Assembly (NCBI GenBank): GCA_937930175.1
Contig: CALGLP010000006.1
Span: forward strand, 193,749-257,748
DNA: 64,000 nucleotides
DNA from: an uncultured bacterium
GTDB taxonomy: Bacteria > Omnitrophota > Gorgyraeia > Zapsychrales > Aceulaceae
Direction: 5' to 3'
Shown: positions 55,499-64,000 of the stretch, one piece after another
How the letters are laid out: every line of letters starts with the position of its first letter
Position numbering within the stretch: the stretch's first letter is position 1
Notes under the pieces: model-generated
Seen by the model: only the letters and a program-made list of their open reading frames with translations
What the model was told of the DNA's origin: nothing
Databases searched by the model: none
Made by a program: the position numbers and the translations under genes

Positions 55499-56839
55499 TT
55501 ATTTTTTGCCTTTTGAATATTTTTTCCAAAAAAGAAATATTTTTACCAAAGCGTAGATACCTAAGAATGTGTAAAATATAAAAGCCATCCAGACAATGCC
55601 TGGCGTTTTCGTGGTATTGGGGGTGACCGACTTACCTAAAGGGGTTCTTGTGAGTGAAAAAAGCATTGCTGTTTCACCAAGAACCCAAGACCGAGTTCCC
55701 AGCCAGCTCATCAAACTTGGAATTAAATAGCCAAAAGGCGTTGGCCATGAAAGAGCTAGTAATTCTTGCGTCATCGGGATTGCTTGATCGAAGCGGCCAA
55801 TCGCTCTTGCTGCTCCTATTCCAAAGAAAGTCGCAACAGAGCCGTAACCGTTTATGATCGGTCCTGAGTCAACATCAGCAAAAGAATAGGGAGAATCAAA
55901 CGGAAATTCTCGAAATCCAGTCAAGAAGGCGCTCTTTTGATAGAAATTTTTTTCATAATCTTGATACCATTTCTGCGCGATCGCAATATCCAGCTCAGGT
56001 GCAAAAATAAGAATTCCGGAATTTCCGCATCCTCGAGATAGTTCGGTAACTGCCATGGTTCGAGAGTTAATTTTAAATGCCGGCAAGCCGTATCGTGTGC
56101 GTGCTTCGCTATTTAACATGCGCATTAGTTTTTCTGCAAGCAAGTAGTGATCGGTTCCAATGATTTTATCTGATCTTCGGATTGCAGCGACTGCCCATAA
56201 AACATCATTGGGCCAACATTCCCCTGGATAATCATCTAGGAGGTGGTGCGGAGCTCGTAGCAGCTCATCAGCTAATAAATTTGTCTGGTTTGCTAGGAGG
56301 TTGCGGTATGTCTCTTTATTTGTGATTGTTTCATAGCTTGATAATCCCATAATCAAGAGCATACGATAAAAGACGTTTTCTCGATAAAGATAATCCTTTC
56401 CCCATTTGTTTTCTACCCAATGTGCTGTTGAGGGGTCTGCAACGACTTGGACAGCTTTTTCAGAATCGCTGAGGATCCTTTGCATGGTTTTTCTTGGCAA
56501 GAGGCCATCATGATGGTTTATTTGATTCTTAATTTCTTCCGCTGTGAGGAGGTAAAAAACTGATCCAAACATAGGCCATTCTGTTGCCGCGACGTTTGCC
56601 TCTGAAACTAAAAGCGCATGTTGATCTTTTAGATAGGTTGTTGACCATCTTTCAAATCGCTTGCTTACGTTGTTAAACCAGTGCAAGAAGTAATCGCTTG
56701 TCTTGGGATCGATGAATTCTGGGCTTGTCGCTACCTTAAAAGTAATGAAAGCTGGGTAAATACAAAAGGAGAAAATGAAAATAACAGCAAAAAAGCTTTT
56801 AATAAGGGGAATCAAGAATCTTATATTTTTTGTTCTCAT
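55499..56839 (-). CDS. hypothetical bitopic protein (N- and C-terminal TM helices, ~380-aa central domain of unknown fold)
   Basis: 446 aa. No recognisable catalytic motif. Co-oriented and closely spaced (31 nt) with the flavoprotein and rSAM genes. Confidence 0.55.
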   Translation of the reverse strand: MRTKNIRFLIPLIKSFFAVIFIFSFCIYPAFITFKVATSPEFIDPKTSDYFLHWFNNVSKRFERWSTTYLKDQHALLVSEANVAATEWPMFGSVFYLLTAEEIKNQINHHDGLLPRKTMQRILSDSEKAVQVVADPSTAHWVENKWGKDYLYRENVFYRMLLIMGLSSYETITNKETYRNLLANQTNLLADELLRAPHHLLDDYPGECWPNDVLWAVAAIRRSDKIIGTDHYLLAEKLMRMLNSEARTRYGLPAFKINSRTMAVTELSRGCGNSGILIFAPELDIAIAQKWYQDYEKNFYQKSAFLTGFREFPFDSPYSFADVDSGPIINGYGSVATFFGIGAARAIGRFDQAIPMTQELLALSWPTPFGYLIPSLMSWLGTRSWVLGETAMLFSLTRTPLGKSVTPNTTKTPGIVWMAFIFYTFLGIYALVKIFLFWKKYSKGKK

Positions 56840-56870
56840 AAATATCTACCGAGGAGATTTTTCTTAATAA

Positions 56871-58133
56871 TTATTCTGTGCTTACCAAACTTTCGGCTGC
56901 TGATTCTCCTGCGAGGAATCCGGTTGAGAATGCTTGTTGAAGATTGTATCCTCCGCTTGGGCCTCGACCATCGATGATCTCGCCTGCAATAAAGAGCCCG
57001 GGAACAATTTTAGATTCCATTGTTTTTTGATGTAGATCATCAATGTCGATCCCCCCGTTGGTGGCCATTGCCTGATCCAGGGAAAGACTGCCGACGATGG
57101 TTAAGGGAAAAGCCTTCAGTGCTTCTATTATAGCAAGGCGCTCTTTTTTTGTTATTTGATTTAATATTTTTTCTGGCTTGATATTTAGCAAGGAGAGAAA
57201 AAGCGGTGTCATTCTTTTGGGCAAGAAGGTATTGATCAGGTTGTTGATTTGGGTTTTCCCTTGATTAGTAGAGGCCTGAGTTAATTTGTCCTGAAGTTCT
57301 AGGGCCGTCATCTTGGGCACAAGGTTTATTGTTATTTTAATGTTGCCGTCATTTTTCATTTTAGAAAGGATCATGCTGCTTAGGTCAATGACAAGCGGCC
57401 CCGATAACCCAAAATGCGTAAAAAGAATGTCACCAGGCTCTGATGTTATTTTTCGGTTGCAGCTGTGAACAGTCATGCAAATATTTTGAAACGAAAGCCC
57501 TTGGAGATCTTTGACCCAGTGTTCGGCTGTTTTGAGGGGAACAAGGGCAAGGCTAAAAGGAATAAGGGTATGTCCAAGGCTTTGAGCTAACATGGCCCCA
57601 CTCCCATCCGATCCGGTCTTTGGGTATGCCGACCCTCCTGTCGCGATAATGACTTTTGTTGCTTTGATGCATCTATTGTCCTGGGTCCTTATTATGAAAA
57701 GCAGGTCTTCTTTTTTAAGGCTAGCAATCTGCGTATTATAGACGATGGTGACCTTGCGTTCATGCAAGCATTCTTCAAGAGCGGATACAATGGACTTTGC
57801 TTTATCGGTTGTCGGAAAGATTTTTCCGTTATCTTCCGTCCTGAAGTTTAATCCTTTAAGGGTGAAAAAATGAATAAGATCGTTGTTAGAAAGCCTTGCA
57901 AAAGCTGTCCGCAAGAATTTTCCGCTATGAGCAAATTTTTCGATGAACGTATTCATCGGCGCGACGTTGGTGAGATTGCATCGGCCGTTTCCGGTGATAA
58001 GAATTTTCTTGCCCAGTGAAGCATTGCGTTCACATAGGAGAATACTTTTCCCGCGTTCTGCGGCTTTGATCGCTGCCATGCAACCGGCAGCGCCTGCCCC
58101 AATGATGACTACGTCGTATTGTTTTTTGGTCAT
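56871..58133 (-). CDS. HI0933/BaiN-family FAD flavoprotein
   Basis: YDVVIIGAGAAGCMAA FAD motif, ITGNGRCNLTN signature of the HI0933 (aminoacetone oxidase-like) family, 420 aa. Confidence 0.8.
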   Translation of the reverse strand: MTKKQYDVVIIGAGAAGCMAAIKAAERGKSILLCERNASLGKKILITGNGRCNLTNVAPMNTFIEKFAHSGKFLRTAFARLSNNDLIHFFTLKGLNFRTEDNGKIFPTTDKAKSIVSALEECLHERKVTIVYNTQIASLKKEDLLFIIRTQDNRCIKATKVIIATGGSAYPKTGSDGSGAMLAQSLGHTLIPFSLALVPLKTAEHWVKDLQGLSFQNICMTVHSCNRKITSEPGDILFTHFGLSGPLVIDLSSMILSKMKNDGNIKITINLVPKMTALELQDKLTQASTNQGKTQINNLINTFLPKRMTPLFLSLLNIKPEKILNQITKKERLAIIEALKAFPLTIVGSLSLDQAMATNGGIDIDDLHQKTMESKIVPGLFIAGEIIDGRGPSGGYNLQQAFSTGFLAGESAAESLVSTE

Positions 58134-58144
58134 GTGTCAGCGCT

Positions 58145-58196
58145 TAAAAAGATAAAGCTCTTTTGAAGGAAAGAAATCTCGCCTCAAAAGAGCTTT
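58145..58196 (-). terminator. rho-independent terminator after the lipoprotein gene
   Basis: 13-bp perfect stem AAAGCTCTTTTGA / TCAAAAGAGCTTT (58154-58166 and 58184-58196). It is followed on the minus strand by AUCUUUUUAAG. Confidence 0.6.
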
Positions 58197-58222
58197 GTTG
58201 GTTTTCAAGAAATGATCTTAAA

Positions 58223-58684
58223 TCAATTTGATAGTTCTGCTGGTGTTTCACTGATTGACGCTGCCCCAAGATAGGTGCCAAGCTTGGCCCACGTCTTTTT
58301 GCCGACTTTACCATCGGCCGTCAGGCCGTTTTGTTCTTGAAAGGTTTTGATCGCAGCTTTTGATCTTTTTCCAAGAGATCCATCGATGGCACCGTCGTAG
58401 AGCCCAGCATTCTTTAAGGCTTGTTGAATTTGCTGGTTGGTGGGATTTTCAATAACGACGGTTGGGGCTGCCATATCTTGTAAAAGGGGTTGAGAAGTTC
58501 CTGCGGCGTCGATCGCTGTTGTCCCTGTTGTTGGCGTTTGCGCATTAAGCGAGATAACGATCTCTTTGCCAGCGGCCAATTGTTCACTGGGTGACATGGT
58601 CATCGCTTGGTCATTTTTTTCTCCGCAACCGGCTAAGCAGGCCATTGCACCCAGCACAAATACTGCATAAAACTTTTTCATCAA
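58223..58684 (-). CDS. lipoprotein with peptidoglycan-binding (PG_binding_1) domain
   Basis: Lipobox LAGC after the signal peptide. C-terminal QIQQALKNAGLYDGAIDGSLGKRSKAAIKTFQEQNGLTADGKVGKKTW matches the PGBD repeat. Confidence 0.75.
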   Translation of the reverse strand: MMKKFYAVFVLGAMACLAGCGEKNDQAMTMSPSEQLAAGKEIVISLNAQTPTTGTTAIDAAGTSQPLLQDMAAPTVVIENPTNQQIQQALKNAGLYDGAIDGSLGKRSKAAIKTFQEQNGLTADGKVGKKTWAKLGTYLGAASISETPAELSN

Positions 58685-58833
58685 CTTCTCCCCTTTCCTG
58701 TTAAATAAATTTTAGAAAATAACTTTTCATTTTTATGCCTTACATAATTTTTGATAGGATAGCGAATGATAATTTTTCATTATAGGACAATCGTTTTGCT
58801 TTACAAATGCTTTTACAAAAATCTTTTGATGCG

Positions 58834-59202
58834 CTAAATGGCTGTTTGGGCGCGTGAGTGACTTTCTTTAATTAGAATGAGAAGCATTTTAAATCTCTTT
58901 ACGGCTTTTAAGCTATGGGGCTTGCCTGCTGGCATGATGATCATCTGATGTTTTTTAATGAGATGCGTTTTGCTCTCAATTGAGATCTTTGCCTCCCCAT
59001 CCAAAATATAAACCGTGGCATCAAAGGGCGCGGTGTGTTCGCTTAAGCCTTGATTTTTATCAAAGGCAAAGACTGTCATTGTGCCTGAAGCATTGCGCAC
59101 AATTTCACGACTGACCACGGATTCCTTTTGGTAGTTAAGAAGGTGCTCAAGATTAAAGGGAATACCTTTGAGTTGCCTAGGAAGCTTGTTTTTGACTGTC
59201 AT
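58834..59202 (-). CDS. cupin-domain protein
   Basis: 122 aa with the small-barrel cupin pattern (G..SEHTAPFDATVYILDGEAKI...MPAGKPHSL). Overlaps the nfnB 3' end by 26 nt. Confidence 0.65.
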   Translation of the reverse strand: MTVKNKLPRQLKGIPFNLEHLLNYQKESVVSREIVRNASGTMTVFAFDKNQGLSEHTAPFDATVYILDGEAKISIESKTHLIKKHQMIIMPAGKPHSLKAVKRFKMLLILIKESHSRAQTAI

Positions 59203-60697
59203 TTGAAGAGTTTCTTTTTAGCTCAGCATTGATCGATTCAGCAGCTTTGCGACCCTGCCCCATGGCTAAAATCACCGTAGCTGCGCCAAGAACAATATCT
59301 CCTCCGGCGTAAACTTTTTTCATTGATGTGAGGCCGTTATCGTCGGCAATGATATTTCCCCATTTGTTGACCGAAAGCTCCGGTGTTGTTTGCTTGATCA
59401 ACGGGTTACATTCGTTTCCAATAGCGACGATCACGGTATCGAGATCCATCATAAATTCACTACCTTTGATTTCGACTGGGCGTCTTCGGCCTGAAGCGTC
59501 AGGCTCGCCAAGTTCATATTTTAAACATTCAACTGCCTGAACACGGCCATCGTTATTGCCTAAAACGCGTTTGACATTGGTGAGGAGGTGAAAGATAATG
59601 CCTTCTTCTTTCGCGTGCGCGACTTCTTCGATGCGCGCGGGCATTTCCACTTCGGTTCGTCGATAGATTAAATGAACTTCTTTTGCGCCAAGGCGGACGG
59701 CAGTTCTTGCCGCATCCATGGCAACATTGCCACCACCTAAAACAGCTACCTTTTGAGATGGATAGATCGGTGTGTGGGCTTGGGGGTCAAAGGCCCGCAT
59801 CAAATTTGAGCGTGTGAGATATTCATTTGCGGAAAAAACACCAACTAAATTTTCACCTTCGATGTTCATAAATTTGGGCAAGCCCGCACCCGTGCCAATA
59901 AAAATAGCATCAAAGCCGTCTTTGCCTAGGAGATCGTTGAGTGTACGCGTGCGGCCAACAACAAAATTGGTTTCAACATTAACGCCCATGTTTTTAAGTG
60001 TGTTGATCTCTTGCTCAACAATTTTTTTAGGCAAACGAAATTCAGGAATGCCATATACCATGACCCCACCTGGCTTATGAAAGGCTTCAAGCATGGTTAC
60101 GGCATGTCCTTGACGGCGAACATCGGCAGCGACGGTGATCCCCGCCGGTCCGCCTCCAATGATCGCAACTTTTTTTCCTGTTTCGGGTAGAACCTCAGGA
60201 CTTTCTGACTTGCCATTCTCGCGCTCCCAATCCGCGACAAACCGTTCAATACGCCCAATGGAGACAGAAAGGTTTTTATTTTTGAGCGCCTTGCCAACGG
60301 TACAATTGGTTTGGCACTGCTCTTCTTGGGGACAAACGCGTCCGCAAATGGCGGGAAGCACATTATTTTGTTTGATAATATTAATCGATTTCTGGAAATC
60401 TCCCTCAGCCGCGGCTTGAATAAAGCCCGGTATGTTGATGGCGACAGGGCATCCTTTAATACATGGAGCATTTTTGCATTGCAAGCAGCGCATGGCTTCC
60501 AGACGCACCTGCTCTGGAGAATACCCGATCGCGACCTCAGACATATTTTTACGTCGTTCATGCGGATCTTGCGAAGGCATCTCTTGGGCTGGAATGGCGA
60601 TACGCTCTTTGGGCGTGAGCGATGAGGCCCGGGGAAGGATTTTTGCGAAGATTTCCTTGGCTTCACTCATAAGTTCTTGGGCTGTTTTTTCACTCAT
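59177..60697 (-). CDS. nfnB: NADPH-dependent glutamate synthase beta-chain-like flavoprotein (NfnB/SudA/GltD family)
   Basis: CLQCKNAPCIKGCP...CGRVCPQEEQCQ two Fe-S Cys clusters, then FAD (VAIIGGGPAG) and NAD(P) (VAVLGGGNVAMD) motifs. Start chosen at MSEKTAQ. The track ORF starts at 60748 and would overlap nfnA by 37 nt. Confidence 0.8.
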   Translation of the reverse strand: MSEKTAQELMSEAKEIFAKILPRASSLTPKERIAIPAQEMPSQDPHERRKNMSEVAIGYSPEQVRLEAMRCLQCKNAPCIKGCPVAINIPGFIQAAAEGDFQKSINIIKQNNVLPAICGRVCPQEEQCQTNCTVGKALKNKNLSVSIGRIERFVADWERENGKSESPEVLPETGKKVAIIGGGPAGITVAADVRRQGHAVTMLEAFHKPGGVMVYGIPEFRLPKKIVEQEINTLKNMGVNVETNFVVGRTRTLNDLLGKDGFDAIFIGTGAGLPKFMNIEGENLVGVFSANEYLTRSNLMRAFDPQAHTPIYPSQKVAVLGGGNVAMDAARTAVRLGAKEVHLIYRRTEVEMPARIEEVAHAKEEGIIFHLLTNVKRVLGNNDGRVQAVECLKYELGEPDASGRRRPVEIKGSEFMMDLDTVIVAIGNECNPLIKQTTPELSVNKWGNIIADDNGLTSMKKVYAGGDIVLGAATVILAMGQGRKAAESINAELKRNSSNDSQKQAS

Positions 60698-60711
60698 AGA
60701 GAGAATCTTGT

Positions 60712-61572
60712 TTAGATCTTTTTTTGAATTTGCGCGTTGAGTTTGCATTGATCATGGGCGCCTCGCTCATGAGGAATATACGTCTTGAGACGATTCATCA
60801 TGTTGTCAAAATCAACTAAGTGACCGTCAAACTCTGGCCCATCGACGCAAACAAATTTAATTTCTTTGCCTACCGACACACGGCATCCGCCGCACATACC
60901 TGTGCCATCCACCATGATGGTATTTAAGGAAACAACCGTTGGCACTTGAAAGGGCCGCGTGGTTTCGGCGCAGAATTTCATCATGATCGGCGGTCCGATG
61001 GCCAGCACAAGATTTGGTTTTGGGGTGCGCTCACAGATTTCTTTTAAGGGCTGTGTGACCAGGCCTTTACGGCCAGCAGATCCATCGTCGGTGCAAACGA
61101 TCAATTCATCGGCGATCGCTCTCATCTCATCTTGCAAGATGAGCAACTTTTCATTTCTGGCGCCGACAATGATAATGACGTGATTGCCCTTTTGCTTCAT
61201 CGCCTTGGCGATGGGGTGCATGGGGGCCACACCGATTCCGCCGCCGACACAAACAACAGTTCCCAATTGTTCGATGTGTGTTGGTTTGCCCAAAGGCCCT
61301 ACTAAATTTAAAATAGCATCACCGACATTTAAGCGTGAAAGTAAGGATGTCGTTTTTCCAACAACTTGATAAATAATGTCAATGGTTCCCTGTTTTTCAT
61401 CCGCATCAGCAATGGTTAAAGGAATGCGTTCACCTAGGGCGTCAACTTGCAGCATGATAAACTGGCCAGGCTGTCGTTCGCTGGCAATCAGTGGCGCCGA
61501 CAGCCGCATTTGGAAGACATCATCCGAGAGTTGCTTTTTTTGAAGAATTTGATTGCTCATGATAAGACTCAA
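60712..61572 (-). CDS. nfnA: ferredoxin-NADP+ reductase-like subunit (NfnA/SudB/PyrK family)
   Basis: FAD-binding beta-barrel plus an NAD domain and a C-terminal [2Fe-2S] motif (GTGMCGGCRV), 286 aa. Paired with the GltD-like gene downstream. Confidence 0.8.
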   Translation of the reverse strand: MSLIMSNQILQKKQLSDDVFQMRLSAPLIASERQPGQFIMLQVDALGERIPLTIADADEKQGTIDIIYQVVGKTTSLLSRLNVGDAILNLVGPLGKPTHIEQLGTVVCVGGGIGVAPMHPIAKAMKQKGNHVIIIVGARNEKLLILQDEMRAIADELIVCTDDGSAGRKGLVTQPLKEICERTPKPNLVLAIGPPIMMKFCAETTRPFQVPTVVSLNTIMVDGTGMCGGCRVSVGKEIKFVCVDGPEFDGHLVDFDNMMNRLKTYIPHERGAHDQCKLNAQIQKKI

Positions 61573-61679
61573 TTCTTTCAGACTATTTTCAGTTAAGTAC
61601 TTAACAATAGAAATTAATATAGCATTATTATTAACCCAATAAAGCTTTTTATTTGCAATTTTTTAACGAGAACTTGGTC

Positions 61680-63047
61680 CTAGAATTTGATCGAAAGCTC
61701 AGTTCGCAAAAACATTGCTGGTTCATTATCCTTGTAAAAATTGCCTGGGATTAAATATTCTGCCAAGATGTAAGCAGAAATATTTTTAGTAAAGGCATAA
61801 TCAAATCTCGCTTGCGGCAAGTGCCCTCGCTCTTTCCCTGTTCCTGAGCAGACAGTATTAGCGGTCACGTTCTCATTTGCCCTTAAATAATTGTAGGCAA
61901 GGCTGACTTTGGATTTTTCTGTTGGCTTAGCAGAAAGCTCGGTACGTATTACAGAAACGTTAGTCCAATATCCCAGGACACCTGTATCGCTGACGATTGT
62001 TAAAACATAGAGCTCTGATATCCAAGGATAACGCGAGAAAAGAGGATCCCAGGCTTCATTTTTTGATGTTGAAAGATCGTCTCCAGATAGGTACAAGTAT
62101 CCTAAGCTTAACTTAGGTGACCATTTTTGATCTTTAAAATTCTTATCTACAAATCCATAGCCGCCCATGGCGCTGCGATCATTATCGCCATAATCGCCAA
62201 ATTGACCCGCAAGTTGACCACGGAGCGTCCAAGAATTGAGATCATATCTTGCAAATGAACCAAGCGTATTGATGTTGCTTTCTTTGGCTTGGTAACCTGA
62301 TCCACCTTCTGCATCTTCTTTTTTGAATATGTAATAGCCTTCTAACCCTAAATTCTCAATGTCTTTATTTTTTAAATAGATAACATAGCCTTGCTCGTCT
62401 GTTGTGTTTAACAGCTGCGGGATTTTGTCGTGCCCTGCGTTGCTATACAGGGTTAATTCTACGGGATTAATAATGGGTAAGAGTTCTTCGTCTCGTGGGT
62501 TATTCATATAAATAAAATCTACTGTATTTTTTTCATTTATGCGCCAGCTTGCTTTGGCTGCATTAAAGTAAAACGTTCTTGAACCGTCTTGGGGTGTCCC
62601 ATCCATGATCAGAAATCCTTCACCGTAAGTTCCTAAGAAGTCTTGGCGGCCAAGGCGCAAGTCAATGGGAAGATCAAGGATATTTTTAACGTCAGCGTAT
62701 AAATTGTCAAAGACGACTTCATTGATATCGAAATGATATCCTTTCTTATCGGCACTCTTGTCGGTAGAGGTGCCTTCAAACATGGTGTAGGCTTTAAATT
62801 CATTGGTAAGCTTTCCAAAGAAGCTTAAATTTTTATCAAAATCCACTTGCCCCCAAATCGAGCTTTTGATTCGAAAGAAATTTCGATCGTCATTCTTGTG
62901 ATTATCAACATCTTTCCAGTTTTTCCAATACTCATGGCGAATGCGTTCGGCCCCGCCCCATTTAAAAGCTACCTCTGCGAAGGCATTGGTAGAAACAAAG
63001 GTTAACAGCAGAAAAAAGACCGCAAGAAACAAAAGTTTTTGTCGCAT
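61680..63047 (-). CDS. outer-membrane beta-barrel of the alginate-export (AlgE-like) family
   Basis: Signal peptide (TNAFAEV), an N-terminal FKWGGAERIRHEY motif like the Alginate_exp domain, alternating amphipathic strands and a C-terminal ...LSIKF aromatic terminus. Confidence 0.55.
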   Translation of the reverse strand: MRQKLLFLAVFFLLLTFVSTNAFAEVAFKWGGAERIRHEYWKNWKDVDNHKNDDRNFFRIKSSIWGQVDFDKNLSFFGKLTNEFKAYTMFEGTSTDKSADKKGYHFDINEVVFDNLYADVKNILDLPIDLRLGRQDFLGTYGEGFLIMDGTPQDGSRTFYFNAAKASWRINEKNTVDFIYMNNPRDEELLPIINPVELTLYSNAGHDKIPQLLNTTDEQGYVIYLKNKDIENLGLEGYYIFKKEDAEGGSGYQAKESNINTLGSFARYDLNSWTLRGQLAGQFGDYGDNDRSAMGGYGFVDKNFKDQKWSPKLSLGYLYLSGDDLSTSKNEAWDPLFSRYPWISELYVLTIVSDTGVLGYWTNVSVIRTELSAKPTEKSKVSLAYNYLRANENVTANTVCSGTGKERGHLPQARFDYAFTKNISAYILAEYLIPGNFYKDNEPAMFLRTELSIKF

Positions 63048-63050
63048 TGC

Positions 63051-64000
63051 TTATTTCTCCTTTTTTGAAAGTGTTTTTATTGTGGGTTTTATATTGAGAA
63101 CTCGCCATGAAACCCAATCCAGAGGTATTGCGCCAAGATAGGTGCTGGCGCTTGTCAGGATCTTTTCCGGGTTTCCGAGTAAATCAAGTGGAATGCGGAC
63201 CATTATTTTTTTAGCATTCCTTTTGATAAGGACACCATTGTGTTTTATTTGACGTGTTTGATCAAAAATTTTATGGCCAATATTAGCAAAGCGCAACCTT
63301 ATTTTTGGCATCGCTTTAAAGGGCATATCGTGGCGGTAGCCAAACGCATAAAGGGATAAACCAGAAGCTTTGCCTAAAGGGCGCGATAGATTGATGGACA
63401 TGATTAAGCAGTTTTCTTCTAGGCGCACGGAGCGCTCTTCGATCCCCACAAAGGAAGATATTTCTTCTTTAAGGAGCTCTTCAGGTGGGGTTGCGAGATC
63501 TTTTTCTCGTGAGGATGTTAGCATTTTATCCTGTGTATTGGGCTCAATCATAATATCTGGAAAATCTCCAAAAAGTTCTGGAGAACGGATAAAGGTGAGA
63601 AGATATCCAGGGCTTGAAATGTATTGCGAGTGATGTTTTTGGATCGCAAGATGTTTAATGGCGATTTCATCACTATTAAGGGTATTAGTTTTCCAGGCAA
63701 CCTGGTTCTCAAGAAATGGCGGCGGGGATAGTTTTTCTTCAGGATGAAATCCTCGTGGCAGAGGCCAATTTTTGTAATGGATCAGATACGGGTGCAGCGA
63801 TGCCGTGATTTCTCCGTGAAGATCCCAGAGGGCAACACGTGTAAACAGATAGAGTGATTTATGGTCACAGTTGTGATCCGAGGGGTGAGAAACAAAGATT
63901 TTAGTAGGTTTAAAATCACGCATAATTGTTTTTAAATCTTCAAGGATCTCTTCTCCTTTGTAGGGCGCGCCTGGGTGAAAGGCGTTTTCATAGGGTACTT
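63051..64000 (-). CDS. PIG-L/LmbE-family N-acetylglucosaminyl deacetylase (5' end beyond window)
   Basis: The frame is open to the window edge (...VPYENAFHPGAPYKGEEILEDLKTIMRDFKPTKIFVSHPSDHNCDH). The HPDH zinc motif and the preceding conserved region fit LmbE-like deacetylases. The Met at 63923 is internal. Confidence 0.65.
   Translation of the reverse strand, partial: VPYENAFHPGAPYKGEEILEDLKTIMRDFKPTKIFVSHPSDHNCDHKSLYLFTRVALWDLHGEITASLHPYLIHYKNWPLPRGFHPEEKLSPPPFLENQVAWKTNTLNSDEIAIKHLAIQKHHSQYISSPGYLLTFIRSPELFGDFPDIMIEPNTQDKMLTSSREKDLATPPEELLKEEISSFVGIEERSVRLEENCLIMSINLSRPLGKASGLSLYAFGYRHDMPFKAMPKIRLRFANIGHKIFDQTRQIKHNGVLIKRNAKKIMVRIPLDLLGNPEKILTSASTYLGAIPLDWVSWRVLNIKPTIKTLSKKEK

Noticed and set aside
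60097-60666. 189-aa minus-strand ORF (Arg/Ser/Pro-rich) and several other long alternative-frame ORFs inside nfnB and nfnA
   Set aside because: They are out of frame with the clearly homologous GltD-like protein. Their composition is typical of an alternate frame of a GC-richer gene.

Overview
Compact bacterial chromosomal window, moderately AT-rich by eye, with almost no intergenic space. About 70 of 73 predicted genes lie on the minus strand. No rRNA, tRNA, CRISPR array or mobile element was found. The contents are mostly core biosynthesis.

Gene content by region:
- 1-1224: start of a CDP-sugar pathway (rfbF, rfbG). It lies at the window edge.
- 1344-7810: an ExbB/ExbD proton-motor module with three small membrane proteins, an 823-aa TPR protein and a 620-aa polytopic membrane protein.
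- 7824-10613: uvrA.
- about 10700-25923: one very long, translationally coupled minus-strand gene run. It holds argCJBDFGH, then lysA-dapF-dapA-(small membrane ORF)-dapB-dapL (the LL-diaminopimelate aminotransferase route), then folK-panC-nadX. It ends in a tiny lysine-rich tandem-duplicated protein followed by a terminator.
- 26179-33053: rplM-rpsI, truA, asd, a TtuC/LeuB-family dehydrogenase, fabF-acpP-fabG and an RlpA-like protein.
- 33106-42853: folB-folE, a leaderless PHP phosphatase, trmB, ispG/ispH, murB, moaA, a NifU-like protein, mogA, an unannotated 4-OT tautomerase ORF and metX-metW.
- 42998-48312: miaB coupled to a class D (OXA-fold) beta-lactamase-like gene, then a methyltransferase, a CapK/PaaK-like adenylating enzyme and a CPBP protease.
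- 48278-53380: a glycerol module (glpK plus an archaeal-type three-subunit G3P dehydrogenase including DUF1667) and an alpha/beta hydrolase.
- 53396-58133: a membrane protein, a B12-binding radical SAM enzyme, an unknown 446-aa bitopic protein and an HI0933-family flavoprotein.
- 58223-64000: a peptidoglycan-binding lipoprotein, a cupin, NfnAB-like flavoproteins, an alginate-export-family outer-membrane barrel and a partial LmbE deacetylase.

The best candidates for undescribed biology are three. First, the lipid/glycerol-associated B12 radical-SAM cluster. Second, the duplicated poly-lysine micro-protein that closes the long Arg/Lys/cofactor gene run. Third, the atypical ExbBD-associated small-protein set.

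The ORF track shows M for GTG/TTG starts, so several 5' ends were re-chosen by homology, SD sequences or overlap pattern. Taxonomy cannot be determined without searches. The content suggests a Gram-negative anaerobe, possibly PVC-group or a candidate phylum.
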